Below, piece after piece: positions 9,948-20,940 of a stretch of DNA of 64,000 bases. Under the pieces are notes generated by a model. The model was not told the origin of the DNA, made no database searches, and worked only from the letters and a program-made list of their open reading frames with translations. Position numbers and translations under genes: made by a program. The stretch is from an uncultured Gemmatimonadales bacterium (GTDB lineage: Bacteria > Gemmatimonadota > Gemmatimonadetes > Gemmatimonadales > GWC2-71-9). The first letter of the stretch is position 1, and every line of letters starts with the position of its first letter. Location: NCBI GenBank assembly GCA_963825055.1, contig CAWGSK010000012.1:448001-512000 (forward strand), written 5' to 3'.

Positions 9948-9975
9948 ATGTCGTATAAGATATGTTATGTTAACT
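9948..9975. other. dif site (XerCD chromosome dimer resolution site)
   Basis: ATGTCGTATAA-GATATG-TTATGTTAACT has the 11-6-11 layout, and the XerD arm matches E. coli TTATGTTAAAT at 10/11. It is intergenic, between convergent gene blocks. Confidence 0.9.
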
Positions 9976-10049
9976 AGCTTGGTTGATAACTGTTGATAAG
10001 TGGGCAATGCCCCCCCTCGGGCCCTCAGATCAGCCGATTGTTGTATGGG

Positions 10050-10854
10050 TTATCCACCCAGGGATCCCTCGTAGACCAGACGGCCTTCGCCGGCCAGCCA
10101 GAGGTCGGTGGCTCTCGTACCGCTGATGGTCGCGGAGATCTGGAGGTTCTTCCCCCCTCGGCTCCGGATGGTGACCGGGAGTGTCGCATTTTTGTACACG
10201 GCAAGCGAGAGTGCCGAGGCAACGGCACCAGTGCCGCATGCCCAGGTCTCCCCCTCTACGCCACGTTCAAAGGTCCGCATGGCCCAGCCCGCGGGCCCGG
10301 CGGCGACGAAATTGGCGTTGGCACCATCCGGAAAGGCGGGATTCCACCGGATCGCCCTGCCCCGCTCCATCAGGTCCTCGCGTTCAAGGTCTTCCAGGAG
10401 CACCACGGCGTGGGGAACCCCAACGGTGCCGATCCAGACTCCCGACTCTCCTGGAACCAGCGAAACGCCCGCTGGTACGGGGACCTCGACCGGAGGCAGG
10501 TTCAGCGCTGCCCCCCATGGCTCGTCAGCGCAGCGGGTCGAGAATGTGCCCGCGTCGGTCTCAAGGGTCATTCCTTCCGGATCGGCCATTCCGAGGTGGC
10601 TCGCGAGGCGTGTGCTGCAGAGCGCAGCGTTGCCGCACATCGAGGCCCGGGTGCCGTCGGCGTTCCAGTACTCCATCCGGACCCGGCCGCTCCCGGAGGG
10701 CGTGAGGATTACCAGACCATCGGCGCCGACGCCCTCGCGACGGGTGCATACCTCCGCAATGCGTTCCGCCGGCCAGCTCGGAAGTCCGCTCCCGGCGCCC
10801 GTCGAGCATGACGAAGTCATTGCCCGAGCCGGTCATCTTGTAGAAATGGGTCAC
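10050..10854 (-). CDS. dapF: diaminopimelate epimerase, with one extra base near 10780-10800 (frameshift or assembly error)
   Basis: N-terminal FYKMTGSGNDF is in one frame; GADG, SMCGN and ETWACGTG are in the +1 frame. The GTG start overlaps the upstream stop. Span is 805 nt (3n+1). Confidence 0.9.
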
Positions 10855-11570
10855 AGACCACCCACCAGTGAAAGCAGGCGGAGCCACCACACCATCCAGA
10901 TCGCCTCCCGGACGATCTTCCGGTTCATCTTGCTCTGCCCCTCCACTCGGTCGGTGAAGACGATCGGGATCTCAACGAGCCGGAAGTCTTTTTTCCAGGC
11001 CCGGAAGCTCATTTCGATCTGGAAGGCGTAGCCGTTCGATTTAACTGACTTCAAATCAACACCTTCCAGCACAGATCTGCGAAAACACTTGAATCCGCCG
11101 GTCGCATCGGTGAGGGGCAGACCCGTTACCCAGCGGGCGTAGATGTTCGCGTAGTAGGAGAGAAGGAGCCTGCCCATCGGCCAGTTGATGACATTTACCC
11201 CGCTCTTGTAGCGGGACCCGATCACGAGATCGGCGTCCTCGATCGCCTGGAGGAAGTGGGGCAACCGGGCCGGCTCGTGGCTGAAATCGGCGTCCATCTC
11301 GAAGACGACGTCGTACCCCTGTTCCAGTGCCCAGCCGAATCCGGCCAGGTACGCCTTCCCGAGTCCCTGCTTGGCCTCACGATGCAGGACGTGGATGCGC
11401 GGGTTGGCCTCCGCCATGCCATCGGCCATATCCCCCGTCCCATCGGGCGAGCCGTCGTCCACGATGAGGAGCTCGATCCGCGGATCCTGCGCCAGAACGG
11501 CGGGCACGATGTGCGGCAGGTTCAGCGCCTCGTTATACGTCGGCATGACGACCAGGAGCCGATCAGACAC
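10851..11570 (-). CDS. GT2 polyprenol-phosphate glycosyltransferase (Ppm1/DPM1-like)
   Basis: MPTYNE, VDDGSPDGT, KQGLGKAY, EMDADFSH, DATGGFK and GYAFQIE motifs. Confidence 0.9.
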   Translation of the reverse strand: MSDRLLVVMPTYNEALNLPHIVPAVLAQDPRIELLIVDDGSPDGTGDMADGMAEANPRIHVLHREAKQGLGKAYLAGFGWALEQGYDVVFEMDADFSHEPARLPHFLQAIEDADLVIGSRYKSGVNVINWPMGRLLLSYYANIYARWVTGLPLTDATGGFKCFRRSVLEGVDLKSVKSNGYAFQIEMSFRAWKKDFRLVEIPIVFTDRVEGQSKMNRKIVREAIWMVWWLRLLSLVGGL

Positions 11571-13924
11571 GCGCCGCCCTCTTCGCGAGTACGCCGGGTA
11601 CGACGAGCAATCCCGCCACCAGGACCAGGCTGAGGAGCGAGATGACCTTCCCCGTCGCATAGGCGTCGCTCCGGAACTCCAGGGCCACGGACTTCGCGCC
11701 TGGCGGGAGTTCCAGGCTGATGAGCGCATCATCCCCGCGGAGGACCTGGGCGTCGCGACCGTCGATGGTGGCCCGCCAGTCGGGATACCAGGTCTCGCTC
11801 ACGAGGAGGTAGGTTGGCGTCGGCCGACTCGCCGGCCAGGGCGATCTCCATGCGGCCGGGTTGCCAGCTCTGGATGGTGGCCGTCACGCCGGCTTCCGGC
11901 AGCGGGTTGCCGGCTATCGGCCTCGGGGCGATCGTGGCCGTATCCGGATAGAGGACCACCTGGTTTGCCGGGAAGCGCGGGTCGATCACCGTGGGAACGA
12001 GCCGGTCTTCCGGGATCCTGGCCGCGCTGGCGGTCACCCGCACGTACGGCGGGATGGTATCCGCTTCGTAGAGCACCGCCCGGGCACCCTCGGCCGTCAC
12101 TGCAGGTCCCACGACTTTATGGAATCCCGGGACGTCCTGTTCGCCGGGCATGATGAGGTATCTGACTCCGAGCAGGTCAAGCAGGTTCAGGCGCAGGTGG
12201 TTGGCGTACACGCCCTTCCCTCCCAGCAGTTCATCGTACATCCGCACTTCATTGCCATGATATCCGAGCAGCTGCTGAACCCGGTACGCCATGAGGGTGG
12301 ATCCCTGATAGACGCTGCCGGGATCGTGGACCCGGAACGGGACCTGGTGCACGCCGTCAATGTGAGCCGCGTCGCGAAGGTGCGCCGTGACGGCGTCATC
12401 GGCGAAGACCACCGCCGCCCTCGGCTGGTAGTGGAAGAAAAGCCGGTCGATGCTCCAGAGGTCGCCGGTCACGACCGCCACGAGGACTGCCGCCGCGAGG
12501 GCGCCCCGCAGCATGCCGTTCCAGACGGCCCAGAGCGCGATGCCGGTGACGGCCGTGACGAACAGGAGGCGGAGGGATCCGGCCCGGAGCGCGTCGGCGT
12601 TGGCGGCCAGGGCGCCCGTCCGCTGGGGGAGCACGAAGGCATTGGCCAGGTTCTGGAGGCCGCCGATGGCGCCCAGGATGGCGATCCCGGCGATGATCCC
12701 CGTCGCCCACGCGATGCGCGACCACCCGATTTCGTTATGCAGCAGTCGCTCGATCCCGATCGCGGCCCATATGCAGGCGGGCAGCGCGACCAGGTAGAAC
12801 GCCATGCCCGGTGCGCGCACGCTCTTCATGAACGGCATTACCTCGTACCACAGTCGGTAGAATGGCGTATGCCGGCCGAGAGCAATGAGGAGGAAGAGCC
12901 CGGCGATGACCAGCAGGACGCGGATCAGGCCGCGGAACTTGCGGCTGCCGAAGGCCAGCGCCGCGGGAATGAGCACCGCGACGCCCAGGTACTCGGTGTG
13001 GAGTTTGAGCGGGTTCTGTCCCCAGTAGTCGCGGAGGATCCCGTTGAACTGGGGCAGGATGGTGCTCATCAGCTCCTCGAGCGGGAGCGAATAGTTGGTC
13101 GCGTAGTCCCATCCATGGCTGGTTCCCTCCACGGCGCGGGGCGACCACTTGATGTACTCGAGGAACGGGACGGCCTGGATGGCGGACACGCCAAGGCCGA
13201 GGAGTACGGCCCCGAAGGCCGCGGCAAGCACCACCGGCCAGCGCCGGCCCGTGGGGCGTTCGGGGTCGAACAGCGCCAGGTACAGGGTCCAGATGCCGCA
13301 GGCAACCAGGAGGTAATAGGTCAGCTGGTAATGGGGCGATATGAGGCAGAGCCCGACGACGAGCGCGAAGAGGCCGTATCCCCATGCCCGGCGATCGCGC
13401 ACGGCACGCAGTAGGGCGAAGAACGCGAGCGGCGCGAGCGCCGACACGAAGAGCTTGCCGTCATGTCCCGGGCTCATGAGTGAGGCCACGATCCCCGAGA
13501 GTTCATATGCGACACCGCCCACCACCGCGCTGGTCCAGGACAGCCGGAGCGCCCGGAGCAGAATGTACATGAACCCGCCGGCCATCACGATGTGGATCGC
13601 GAAGGCCAGGTTCATTGCGATGTCCACGGGAAGTACCCAGCGGAGCCATGCCGACGGATAGAAGATGTCGCCATGCATGGCGGCGACGAACGGCATGCCG
13701 CCGAAGATGTATGGATTCCACTGGGGGATGCTGCCGGTCTCGCGGAAGTACTGCGCTCCGAAGAGCCGGAACGCGTATCCGGCGACGTACTGGTCATCGC
13801 CCAGCAGCCATTTCCCGGCCAGCATGGGGGCGCAGAGTGTGAGGGCCGCCAGGATGAACACGACCCACGCCATGAGGCGCGGCCGGCCGGGTTCATAGGG
13901 CACGATCGGATCAGGTTGCGACAC
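11563..13924 (-). CDS. YfhO-family (GT-C-like) polytopic membrane protein, with one extra base near 11810-11825
   Basis: PQWNPYIFGGMP..FYP N-terminal motif and many TM helices. The C-terminal YLLVSETWYPDWRATIDG motif and last TM helix lie in the +1 frame. Span is 3n+1. Confidence 0.8.
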
Positions 13925-14837
13925 GGGGTCTCTCCCGGGGGAAGAACAGGAACGGGACGGCAATGCCCAGTTCCGTGACCGTCAGCAGGAGCCGCGAGCC
14001 AATCGCCAGCGCGGTGGCGGCGGGAAGGCCGAGCGGCCCCTGCAGCATGAGCACCATCACACCTTCTCGAACCAGCAGGCCTCCGGGCACGAGCAGCGCC
14101 AGGAAGCCCACGACGTACGAGGCCGTGAACGCCCCGATCGCCAGCGGAACCGGGAGATCGAGGCCGGGCAGGAGCGCCAGGCCGAGCAGCCGGAACGCGA
14201 TCCCGTACCCGGCCCATGCCACCAGATTCGCGGCAATGCCGAGGAGGACGGCGCCGGGATGCGGGGGGCGCAGCTCCTGGCCGGGAAGAAACCGACTGAG
14301 CAGCCTCCGGGTCATTCCGGGCAGCAGGAGCAGCCCGACGCCGACCGCGCTGGCGATGCCCACGGCCGCCAACACCAGCCGGATCTCGGGATAGCGCGAC
14401 TCGAGCACCGCCGTGCCGGTCACCGCCACGAGCACCGCCCCCGTCCCCAGCGCGAACACCTGCAGAAGCACCGCACTGGCCGTCGCGGTCCACGGGGCGA
14501 CCCCCCGCTCCCGGGCCATGACCGCCATCCCGGCGATGGCCCACACCTTTCCCGGGATGTACTTCCCCAGGCTGGACAGCGACCAGATCCGGGCTGCACT
14601 GGCGAAGTCGAGCTGTTGGCCCCAGGTGACCAGGAGCGTGCGCCAGGCGGCAATCAGCACGAGGTACATGGCCCACACCATGACGGCGCTGGCCACGATG
14701 CCCGGGACCCGAACGTCCAGGTCCAGCGGCGTCCGGTGAAACTCCGCCCAGTTCCGGGCGAACGTCCGGCCCACGAACACGAGGACCAGGATGGCGGCAC
14801 TGGCCTGTACCAGCCGCCAGGCCATGCGCCTGGTCAT
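13911..14837 (-). CDS. lysylphosphatidylglycerol-synthase TM-domain / flippase-like protein (UPF0104)
   Basis: Polytopic; LGKYIPGKVW and PGGLLVREG motifs; ATGA overlap. Confidence 0.8.
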   Translation of the reverse strand: MTRRMAWRLVQASAAILVLVFVGRTFARNWAEFHRTPLDLDVRVPGIVASAVMVWAMYLVLIAAWRTLLVTWGQQLDFASAARIWSLSSLGKYIPGKVWAIAGMAVMARERGVAPWTATASAVLLQVFALGTGAVLVAVTGTAVLESRYPEIRLVLAAVGIASAVGVGLLLLPGMTRRLLSRFLPGQELRPPHPGAVLLGIAANLVAWAGYGIAFRLLGLALLPGLDLPVPLAIGAFTASYVVGFLALLVPGGLLVREGVMVLMLQGPLGLPAATALAIGSRLLLTVTELGIAVPFLFFPRERPRVAT

Positions 14838-15967
14838 GCGATCGCCACGCGGTAGCAGGACTCGATCCGTGCGGCGGCTCGTTCCGGCGCCAGCTCCCGC
14901 CGCCACCGCATCCCGTGCTCCCGTGCTCCCTCCCAGCGTTTGCCGTCCTGCAGCGAGGCGCGGATCGCCGCCGCGAGCGCCACGGGATCGGGCGGCACCA
15001 GGCGTCCAGCGCGATCATCGGTGATGATGTCCCGGACTCCCCCGCCATCTTCGCACGCCACGACCGGAACGCCGGACATGAGCGACTCCGCGGCCACCAG
15101 CCCGAATCCCTCCGCCTTCGCCGGAAAGATCATCAGGTCGGCCCGGGCAAGGTATGCCGGGACGAGGTCGGGCGGCTGCCGGCCGGCGAACTGCACCCGC
15201 CCCTCCAGGCCAAGGGAACGTGCCAGCGCCTCGAGCGAACCGCGATCCGGGCCGTCGCCGATGACGGTGAGCGGCACGGTCTCCGGGAGATCCTGCATGG
15301 CGCGGATCGCAAGGTCCACCCGCTTCTGCGCCGTGAGGCGCGCCACCACCACAAGGCCCGCACCTCCGGTGCTCCAGCTTTGGAACCGCGAGGTGTCGAC
15401 CGGCATCGGCTGGACCAGCTCGGGGCCGATCTCGCGTCCCGTGTGCGTCCGGACATCGTTCGCGAGCGCGGAAGACACGGCAGTCACCACGGCCGCGCGG
15501 CGGAACACCGGTGCCGCCACCCACCGGGCCAGGGCAGAGCGGCGCAGGAGGGCGCCGTCGGTGCCGTGCACGGTGAGCACCAGGGGAACTCCGGCCGGCG
15601 AAGCGAGGCCGGCGGGGACCCACCAGTGCGCATGGATGAGGTCGGCCCCCCACCGGATTTCCTCCAGGGCCGCCTTGCGCATCGCGCGCCACAGGGCCAC
15701 GAGCGTCCGCCAGCCGGACGGGTGCCTGATGGCATCCGCCATGGTGCCACGATAGGCGAGCGTCTCCTGCTCCGCGTCGGCGTACCGGACGCGCCGCACC
15801 GGAATGCCTGCCAGCTCTCCTTCACCGGTCTCGCCCGCATCGCTCGGTGCCACCACGCGAATGTCATGGCCGCGGCCGCGGAGCGCCTGGCCCAGGGTCG
15901 CGAGGAAGGCGCCGGACATGTCGCCGGGGAAACGGGGGAAATTATGGGTGAGGAAGAGGATGCGCAC
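14834..15967 (-). CDS. glycosyltransferase family 4
   Basis: RILFLTHNFP start, IHAHW, and the EGFGLVAAE (EX7E) motif. Confidence 0.9.
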   Translation of the reverse strand: MRILFLTHNFPRFPGDMSGAFLATLGQALRGRGHDIRVVAPSDAGETGEGELAGIPVRRVRYADAEQETLAYRGTMADAIRHPSGWRTLVALWRAMRKAALEEIRWGADLIHAHWWVPAGLASPAGVPLVLTVHGTDGALLRRSALARWVAAPVFRRAAVVTAVSSALANDVRTHTGREIGPELVQPMPVDTSRFQSWSTGGAGLVVVARLTAQKRVDLAIRAMQDLPETVPLTVIGDGPDRGSLEALARSLGLEGRVQFAGRQPPDLVPAYLARADLMIFPAKAEGFGLVAAESLMSGVPVVACEDGGGVRDIITDDRAGRLVPPDPVALAAAIRASLQDGKRWEGAREHGMRWRRELAPERAAARIESCYRVAIA

Positions 15968-15972
15968 GCGCG

Positions 15973-16932
15973 TCAGGGGGCGGGGGGAGGGTGGTCCTGG
16001 TCGGCGCGCATCCGTGCCAGCTGGCGCGTTTCCTCCCGAATTCCCGCAATCATCTCGCCGACGAAACCGAAGCCGAACAGCACGATGCCGCTGATGACCA
16101 TGGTCTCCACCAGGTTCAGGAGCGGCCGGAGCCCGATGCCGTACCCGAACCGGAGGACAATCGCGACGATACCCGCCAGGAAGCCGATCGCGAAGACCAG
16201 GGCGCCCATGAGGCCGAAGAAGAGAAGTGGCTTTCGGCCGAACCGCAGCTGGAACCAGACCGACAGCAGGTCGAGCACCCCGACCGGGATCCGGCGCCAG
16301 TCGAACTTCGAGACCCCCGCACGCCGCGGGTAGAGCGGGACGGGCCGGGAGGTGAGGCGGAAGCCGTCGGCGGCCGCAATGACGACCATGTAGCGGTGCC
16401 AGTCCGGCCGGAGCGGCACGCCGAGCATGACGTCGCGCCGGTAGGCCTTGACCGAGTTGAGGTCGGTGACCGGCACCCCGAAGAGCCAGCGGCAAATCCG
16501 GTTGTAGATACCGGAGACGAACGCCTTCTCGTACTTCCCCTGCTTCGTACCCGTCACGATGTCAGCCTGGCCCTCGAGGATAGGCGTTACGAGGGCGGGA
16601 ATGTCCTCCGGATGGTACTGGAGGTCGGCCGGGTAGAAGACGAACACGTCACCCCGTGCGACCTCCCCGGCGGAGAGCAGCGCATCGGCAATGCCCCGCT
16701 GGCGGCGATGCGTCACGACCCTGAGGAAGGGATAGCGCTCCTGGAGGCCGTCGAGCACGGCGCCGGTGCCGTCCCGCGACCCGTCGTCCACGACCACCAC
16801 CTCGAAGCTGAACGCCTGGGGCTCCAGCGCCGCGGCACACAGGCGGACGAACTCGGGGAGATTTTCGGCCTCGTCCTTGGCCGGGATCAGGAGGCTGACA
16901 TCCACGTGACCCTGCGTCGCCGGGAGGGTCAT
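15973..16932 (-). CDS. glycosyltransferase family 2 (GtrB/ArnC-like, two C-terminal TM helices)
   Basis: IPAKDE, VDDGSRDGT, ADLQY and HRY motifs; two hydrophobic C-terminal helices. Confidence 0.88.
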   Translation of the reverse strand: MTLPATQGHVDVSLLIPAKDEAENLPEFVRLCAAALEPQAFSFEVVVVDDGSRDGTGAVLDGLQERYPFLRVVTHRRQRGIADALLSAGEVARGDVFVFYPADLQYHPEDIPALVTPILEGQADIVTGTKQGKYEKAFVSGIYNRICRWLFGVPVTDLNSVKAYRRDVMLGVPLRPDWHRYMVVIAAADGFRLTSRPVPLYPRRAGVSKFDWRRIPVGVLDLLSVWFQLRFGRKPLLFFGLMGALVFAIGFLAGIVAIVLRFGYGIGLRPLLNLVETMVISGIVLFGFGFVGEMIAGIREETRQLARMRADQDHPPPAP

Positions 16933-18464
16933 ACGCGCTTCCGCATCCGGGCGGGGAGAATGCCGAGCTGATCGCGGTACTTGGCCACCGTCCGCCGCGC
17001 GATCTTGATCCCCTGCTCCTTGAAGAGGCTGACGATCTGCTGGTCGGTGAGCGGGCTCGCGCTGTCCTCTTCCTGCACCATCCTCTCCAGCTTTGCCCGG
17101 ATGGAGCGGGCGCTGGCATCCTCGCCGCTCGTGGTGGAGAGGGCGCTGGAGAAGAAGAACTTGAGCGGGAGCACGCCGCGCGGAGTCTGGACATACTTCT
17201 CGTTGGTGACCCGGCTGACGGTCGACTCGTGCATGTCGATCACCTCGGCCACCTCGCGGAGAGTCAGCGGGCGCAGGTGCTCGATGCCCTTCTCGAAGAA
17301 ATCGCGCTGGCGGTCCACGATGAAGTTCATGACCTTGAGCATCGTCTGGCGGCGCTGCTCCAACGCCTGGATCATCCAGTTGGCGCTGTTCATCTTGGTG
17401 GCGATGAACTCACGATTCTCGGCGGTGAGCTGCTTCTTGTCCCGCGCCAGTGCCTGGTAGGAACGGCTGAGGCGGAGGCGCGGGTAGCCGGTATCGTTCA
17501 GGAACACGTGATAGCGGCCGTCGATCTTGTCGACGATCAGGTCCGGCGTGACATAGCCGTCATCGCGGCTGCTGAACTTGAGGCCCGGCTTCGGATCGAA
17601 CTGGCCGAGCCCGTCCGCCGCGGTCTGGACCTCGCGCGGCTCCACCCCGAACCGCTTCGCCAGGTCGTTCCACCGATGCGCGAGGAGGTCGTCAAAGACC
17701 TCGGACACCAGCCGGTACGTGAGGGTGTCGGTCTCCTTGCGATCCTCAAGCTGCAGCAGGAGGCACTCGCGCAGGTCCCGGCAGGCAATCCCCGGCGGGT
17801 CCAGGTGCTGGATCACCCGAAGGAGCTCCTCGGCCTCGGCCATCGTGTACCACGGCACGTCGCCCGGCGGCCCTTCCGCGGTGTCCTCGTACTCCGGCGA
17901 GTCAGCCTCCGCGGGGTCGATCTCATTGCCGAAGTCGTCCAGGACCGGTTCTTCATTGCGGACAGCGGTGCCGCGGACCACGTGGTTGATACCGGCGAGA
18001 ATCTCCTCGAGCGACGCCGCGAGGTAGCCGTCGTCATTGATGTTCCCCAGGAACTCCTCGGCCAGGAGGAGCTGGCGCGGCGTGAGGTCCATGTGGGTGA
18101 GCTGCTCGCGCAGGTAGTCGGTCAGCCCCTTGGTCTCGACGGTGACGGGCTCGATGTACTCCCGCTCCTCGTACTGCTCCCGGGCGCCGCCAACGTCGAA
18201 CCCGTTGAGGAGAATCTCTTCCCAGTCGGTTTCGTTCTCCTGCTTGGCTTCTTCCTTCTCCTTCGCGTCCTGCGCCGCCTGGTCCTGCACTTCCTCCTCG
18301 TCCGGTTCGAGCAGCTCGAGGAACGGGTTCACCAGCAACTCCTGCTTCAGGTGCTGCTGGAGATCCATCATGGGCATGTAGAGCATGTCCATCGCCTGAT
18401 AGAGCCGCGGGTTGATCCGCAGCTCCTGCCGCATGCCCTGGTACTGGCCGAGTCCCGTCTTCAT
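16929..18464 (-). CDS. rpoN: RNA polymerase sigma-54 factor
   Basis: [11 protein letters not shown] and the RpoN box ARRTVAKYR; lptB-rpoN synteny. Confidence 0.97.
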   Translation of the reverse strand: MKTGLGQYQGMRQELRINPRLYQAMDMLYMPMMDLQQHLKQELLVNPFLELLEPDEEEVQDQAAQDAKEKEEAKQENETDWEEILLNGFDVGGAREQYEEREYIEPVTVETKGLTDYLREQLTHMDLTPRQLLLAEEFLGNINDDGYLAASLEEILAGINHVVRGTAVRNEEPVLDDFGNEIDPAEADSPEYEDTAEGPPGDVPWYTMAEAEELLRVIQHLDPPGIACRDLRECLLLQLEDRKETDTLTYRLVSEVFDDLLAHRWNDLAKRFGVEPREVQTAADGLGQFDPKPGLKFSSRDDGYVTPDLIVDKIDGRYHVFLNDTGYPRLRLSRSYQALARDKKQLTAENREFIATKMNSANWMIQALEQRRQTMLKVMNFIVDRQRDFFEKGIEHLRPLTLREVAEVIDMHESTVSRVTNEKYVQTPRGVLPLKFFFSSALSTTSGEDASARSIRAKLERMVQEEDSASPLTDQQIVSLFKEQGIKIARRTVAKYRDQLGILPARMRKRV

Positions 18465-19636
18465 GCGACGTCCTGCAGCCGGGCGCGAAGCCGGCTGGCC
18501 AGGGTGGGCCCGAGGTAGGCCTCGGCCACCCGGTCGTCAAAGACGAGTTCCCGGACGGTTCCGGAGACCTGGACCTGTCCTTCGAACATGATGTAGGCGC
18601 GATCCACGATATCGAGTGTCTGTTCCACGTTGTGGTCGGTGATCAGGACGCCGAGGCCACGGTGGCGCAGCCCGGCAACGATCGTCTGGATGTCGTGCAC
18701 TGCGATCGGGTCGACCCCGGCAAACGGCTCATCCAGCAGCATGAATTTAGGGTCGGTGACCAGCGCGCGCGTGATTTCGAGTCGCCGCCGCTCCCCGCCG
18801 CTCAGTGAGTAGGCCTTGTTCCGCCGCAGGTGCTTGATCCCCAGCTCGTCAAGCATGTGCTCCAGGCGACGGTGCCGCTCGTCCCGGCTGAGGGGAAGCG
18901 TCTCGAGGATGGCGCCGATGTTGTCCTCGACGCTGAGCTTCCGGAAGACGGACGGTTCCTGCGCGAGATACCCGATGCCCGCTCGCGCGCGGCGGTACAT
19001 CGGCGCACTGGTGAGGTCACGGTCGTCGATCCGCACCAGACCCCTGTCCGGGCGAATGAGCCCTGTAATAAGGTAGAAGGTGGTGGTCTTTCCGGCCCCG
19101 TTGGGGCCGAGCAGCCCCACGATCTCCCCCTGCTCCACCCGTACCGTCACATCGTCCACCACCTTGCGCCGCTTGAAGGACTTCGAGAGCCCGACACCTT
19201 CCAGGACGCTCCCCGCTGGTCGGGCCGCGGGGGCCTGGTCGGCCATGGAATGGCGCAACGCATCGCATGCCGACGCGAGCATCCGGTCCCGGAGCCCGTC
19301 ACGGTTCGCCCGGACGTCCTGCCACCAGGGGCCCGTCGCGACGACGCCCTCCGGGCGGTCCGCGTCGGCGGGCAGGAACTGGACGAAGCCCTGGGTGACC
19401 AGCCGTGGCAACACGCTGCGGCGGAGGTTCTCCCGCACCTGATCGCCACTCAGCTCGAGGCTGACGGGGAGACCGACCTCCCGGCTGCACCGGATAAACG
19501 TGTTGCGGTATTCCAGAATGAGGTCGCCGAACAGGGTGCGACCGTCGTCGTCCGCCACCCGGGCAAGCGCCGCAAGGCACAGCGGCACGGACGGGTCCTG
19601 GTCCTGAAGTCCGGCAAGCCAGGCAGGGGCCGTCAC
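18461..19636 (-). CDS. lptB: LPS export ABC ATPase LptB with an N-terminal extension of about 143 aa
   Basis: [37 protein letters not shown] and ITDHNV motifs; GTG start overlaps the upstream stop. Confidence 0.9.
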   Translation of the reverse strand: MTAPAWLAGLQDQDPSVPLCLAALARVADDDGRTLFGDLILEYRNTFIRCSREVGLPVSLELSGDQVRENLRRSVLPRLVTQGFVQFLPADADRPEGVVATGPWWQDVRANRDGLRDRMLASACDALRHSMADQAPAARPAGSVLEGVGLSKSFKRRKVVDDVTVRVEQGEIVGLLGPNGAGKTTTFYLITGLIRPDRGLVRIDDRDLTSAPMYRRARAGIGYLAQEPSVFRKLSVEDNIGAILETLPLSRDERHRRLEHMLDELGIKHLRRNKAYSLSGGERRRLEITRALVTDPKFMLLDEPFAGVDPIAVHDIQTIVAGLRHRGLGVLITDHNVEQTLDIVDRAYIMFEGQVQVSGTVRELVFDDRVAEAYLGPTLASRLRARLQDVA

Positions 19637-20940
19637 GGGGAAGCTCCCGCTGTCGTGTCGGCGCGCGCGATGTCCGGATCGAGCTGAACACCGTCCACCG
19701 ACCCACGCAGCTCGACCCGGTCCACCCCGCTCGCCTCCCCCGACTTCATGCGGATGACGATGTGGTCGGCCCGGGAGTAGGAGATGCCCGGCCGCGACTT
19801 CTCCTCGCCCCCCGTGCGGTACAGCGCCGTGGCCGATCCGTCAGCCGCGACGCGCTCCAGGGCCGTCCGCGTCGTGCCAGCGGAGTCGCGCTGGGCAAAA
19901 TCGGCAACCACGGTGTCCCCCGTGAGCTCGTCCCGCTCCCCGCTGGCGGAGTCGGGCGCGCCCCCTACCCACGCCGTGCCGAACGCACGGGTCTGCCGCA
20001 GGTGCCGCTCCGGCGTGTCAAGCGCGAGCGAGTCGGCCCGGATCTCGTAGTCCGGCGCGACGGCCCACGGGCGAATGCGGCTTCCCCACGCGAGGGTCTG
20101 CTGGAGCTGGTCTGCCTCGATATCCAGTGAGATCGTGTCGGCCCGGAGATCCACGTCGGTGGCGACCGCATGGCCGTCATCCTTCGCGATGACCAGGTCC
20201 AGGTCATTATTCCGGAGCGCAAGATCGATGCGGCGGCCGGTGAGATCGAACGTGTCCTTGCCCAGCCCGCGCATGAGCGGCGTGCCAATGAGGCTGCCGT
20301 CCTGTCCCGCGCCCGTGTCCAGCCGCATGGAATCGGCGCGAGCAGCAAAGTCGCTCCGGTCAATGGTGGTACGGCCGCCGGTCCAGATCCGGTCGTTCCC
20401 CTTGAGACGGACCCGGTCGGCCACGATCACGTACGCCTCCTCGGCCTGGCCGGTGGAGTCCTGCGGGATGTAGTGGATGACCGGCCGCTGGAAGGCATAC
20501 ATCTCCGTCGTGTCCCGGCGCCCCTTCAGGGTGCGCCAGTAGTCAAGCGTCGGCCCCCGGAGCGTCGAGCCGGTTTCGAGGTTCCGGGTCACCACATTCC
20601 CGCGGGCCTCCCACCGCTCGCCCTGGCGGTAGTAGGTGCCGTTGTCGGCGGTCATGTTGATGGTGGAATCGCGGTAGGCAACATTGCCGATGAACTGGAC
20701 AATGCCGACGCTGCCGCCGTAGGAGGCAATGCTGTCGGCCTGCATCCGGATCGGGCGACCCACGCATCCAAGGATGACATTGCCCCCCGCGTAGTAATTG
20801 ACGCCGGTCGCGGTGGAGTCGCGACGTCCCTGCCGGTCCACGTTGATGATCTCGAACCGGCAGTCCTCGGTGTCCTGCGCGGCGGTGGTGGCGGGGAGGA
20901 GGACGAGGGCGGCGAGCGCCACGGGGAGGAGGCGTGTCAT
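19633..20940 (-). CDS. LptA/OstA-like periplasmic beta-jellyroll protein (multi-repeat)
   Basis: Signal peptide and repeated ADS/GNV beta-strand motifs; located between lptC and lptB. Confidence 0.75.
   Translation of the reverse strand: MTRLLPVALAALVLLPATTAAQDTEDCRFEIINVDRQGRRDSTATGVNYYAGGNVILGCVGRPIRMQADSIASYGGSVGIVQFIGNVAYRDSTINMTADNGTYYRQGERWEARGNVVTRNLETGSTLRGPTLDYWRTLKGRRDTTEMYAFQRPVIHYIPQDSTGQAEEAYVIVADRVRLKGNDRIWTGGRTTIDRSDFAARADSMRLDTGAGQDGSLIGTPLMRGLGKDTFDLTGRRIDLALRNNDLDLVIAKDDGHAVATDVDLRADTISLDIEADQLQQTLAWGSRIRPWAVAPDYEIRADSLALDTPERHLRQTRAFGTAWVGGAPDSASGERDELTGDTVVADFAQRDSAGTTRTALERVAADGSATALYRTGGEEKSRPGISYSRADHIVIRMKSGEASGVDRVELRGSVDGVQLDPDIARADTTAGASP

Noticed and set aside
9930..10060. 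oriC, suggested by AT-richness and DnaA-box-like motifs
   Set aside because: Genes converge here rather than diverge, a dif site is present, no dnaA/dnaN is nearby, and there are only three imperfect boxes.
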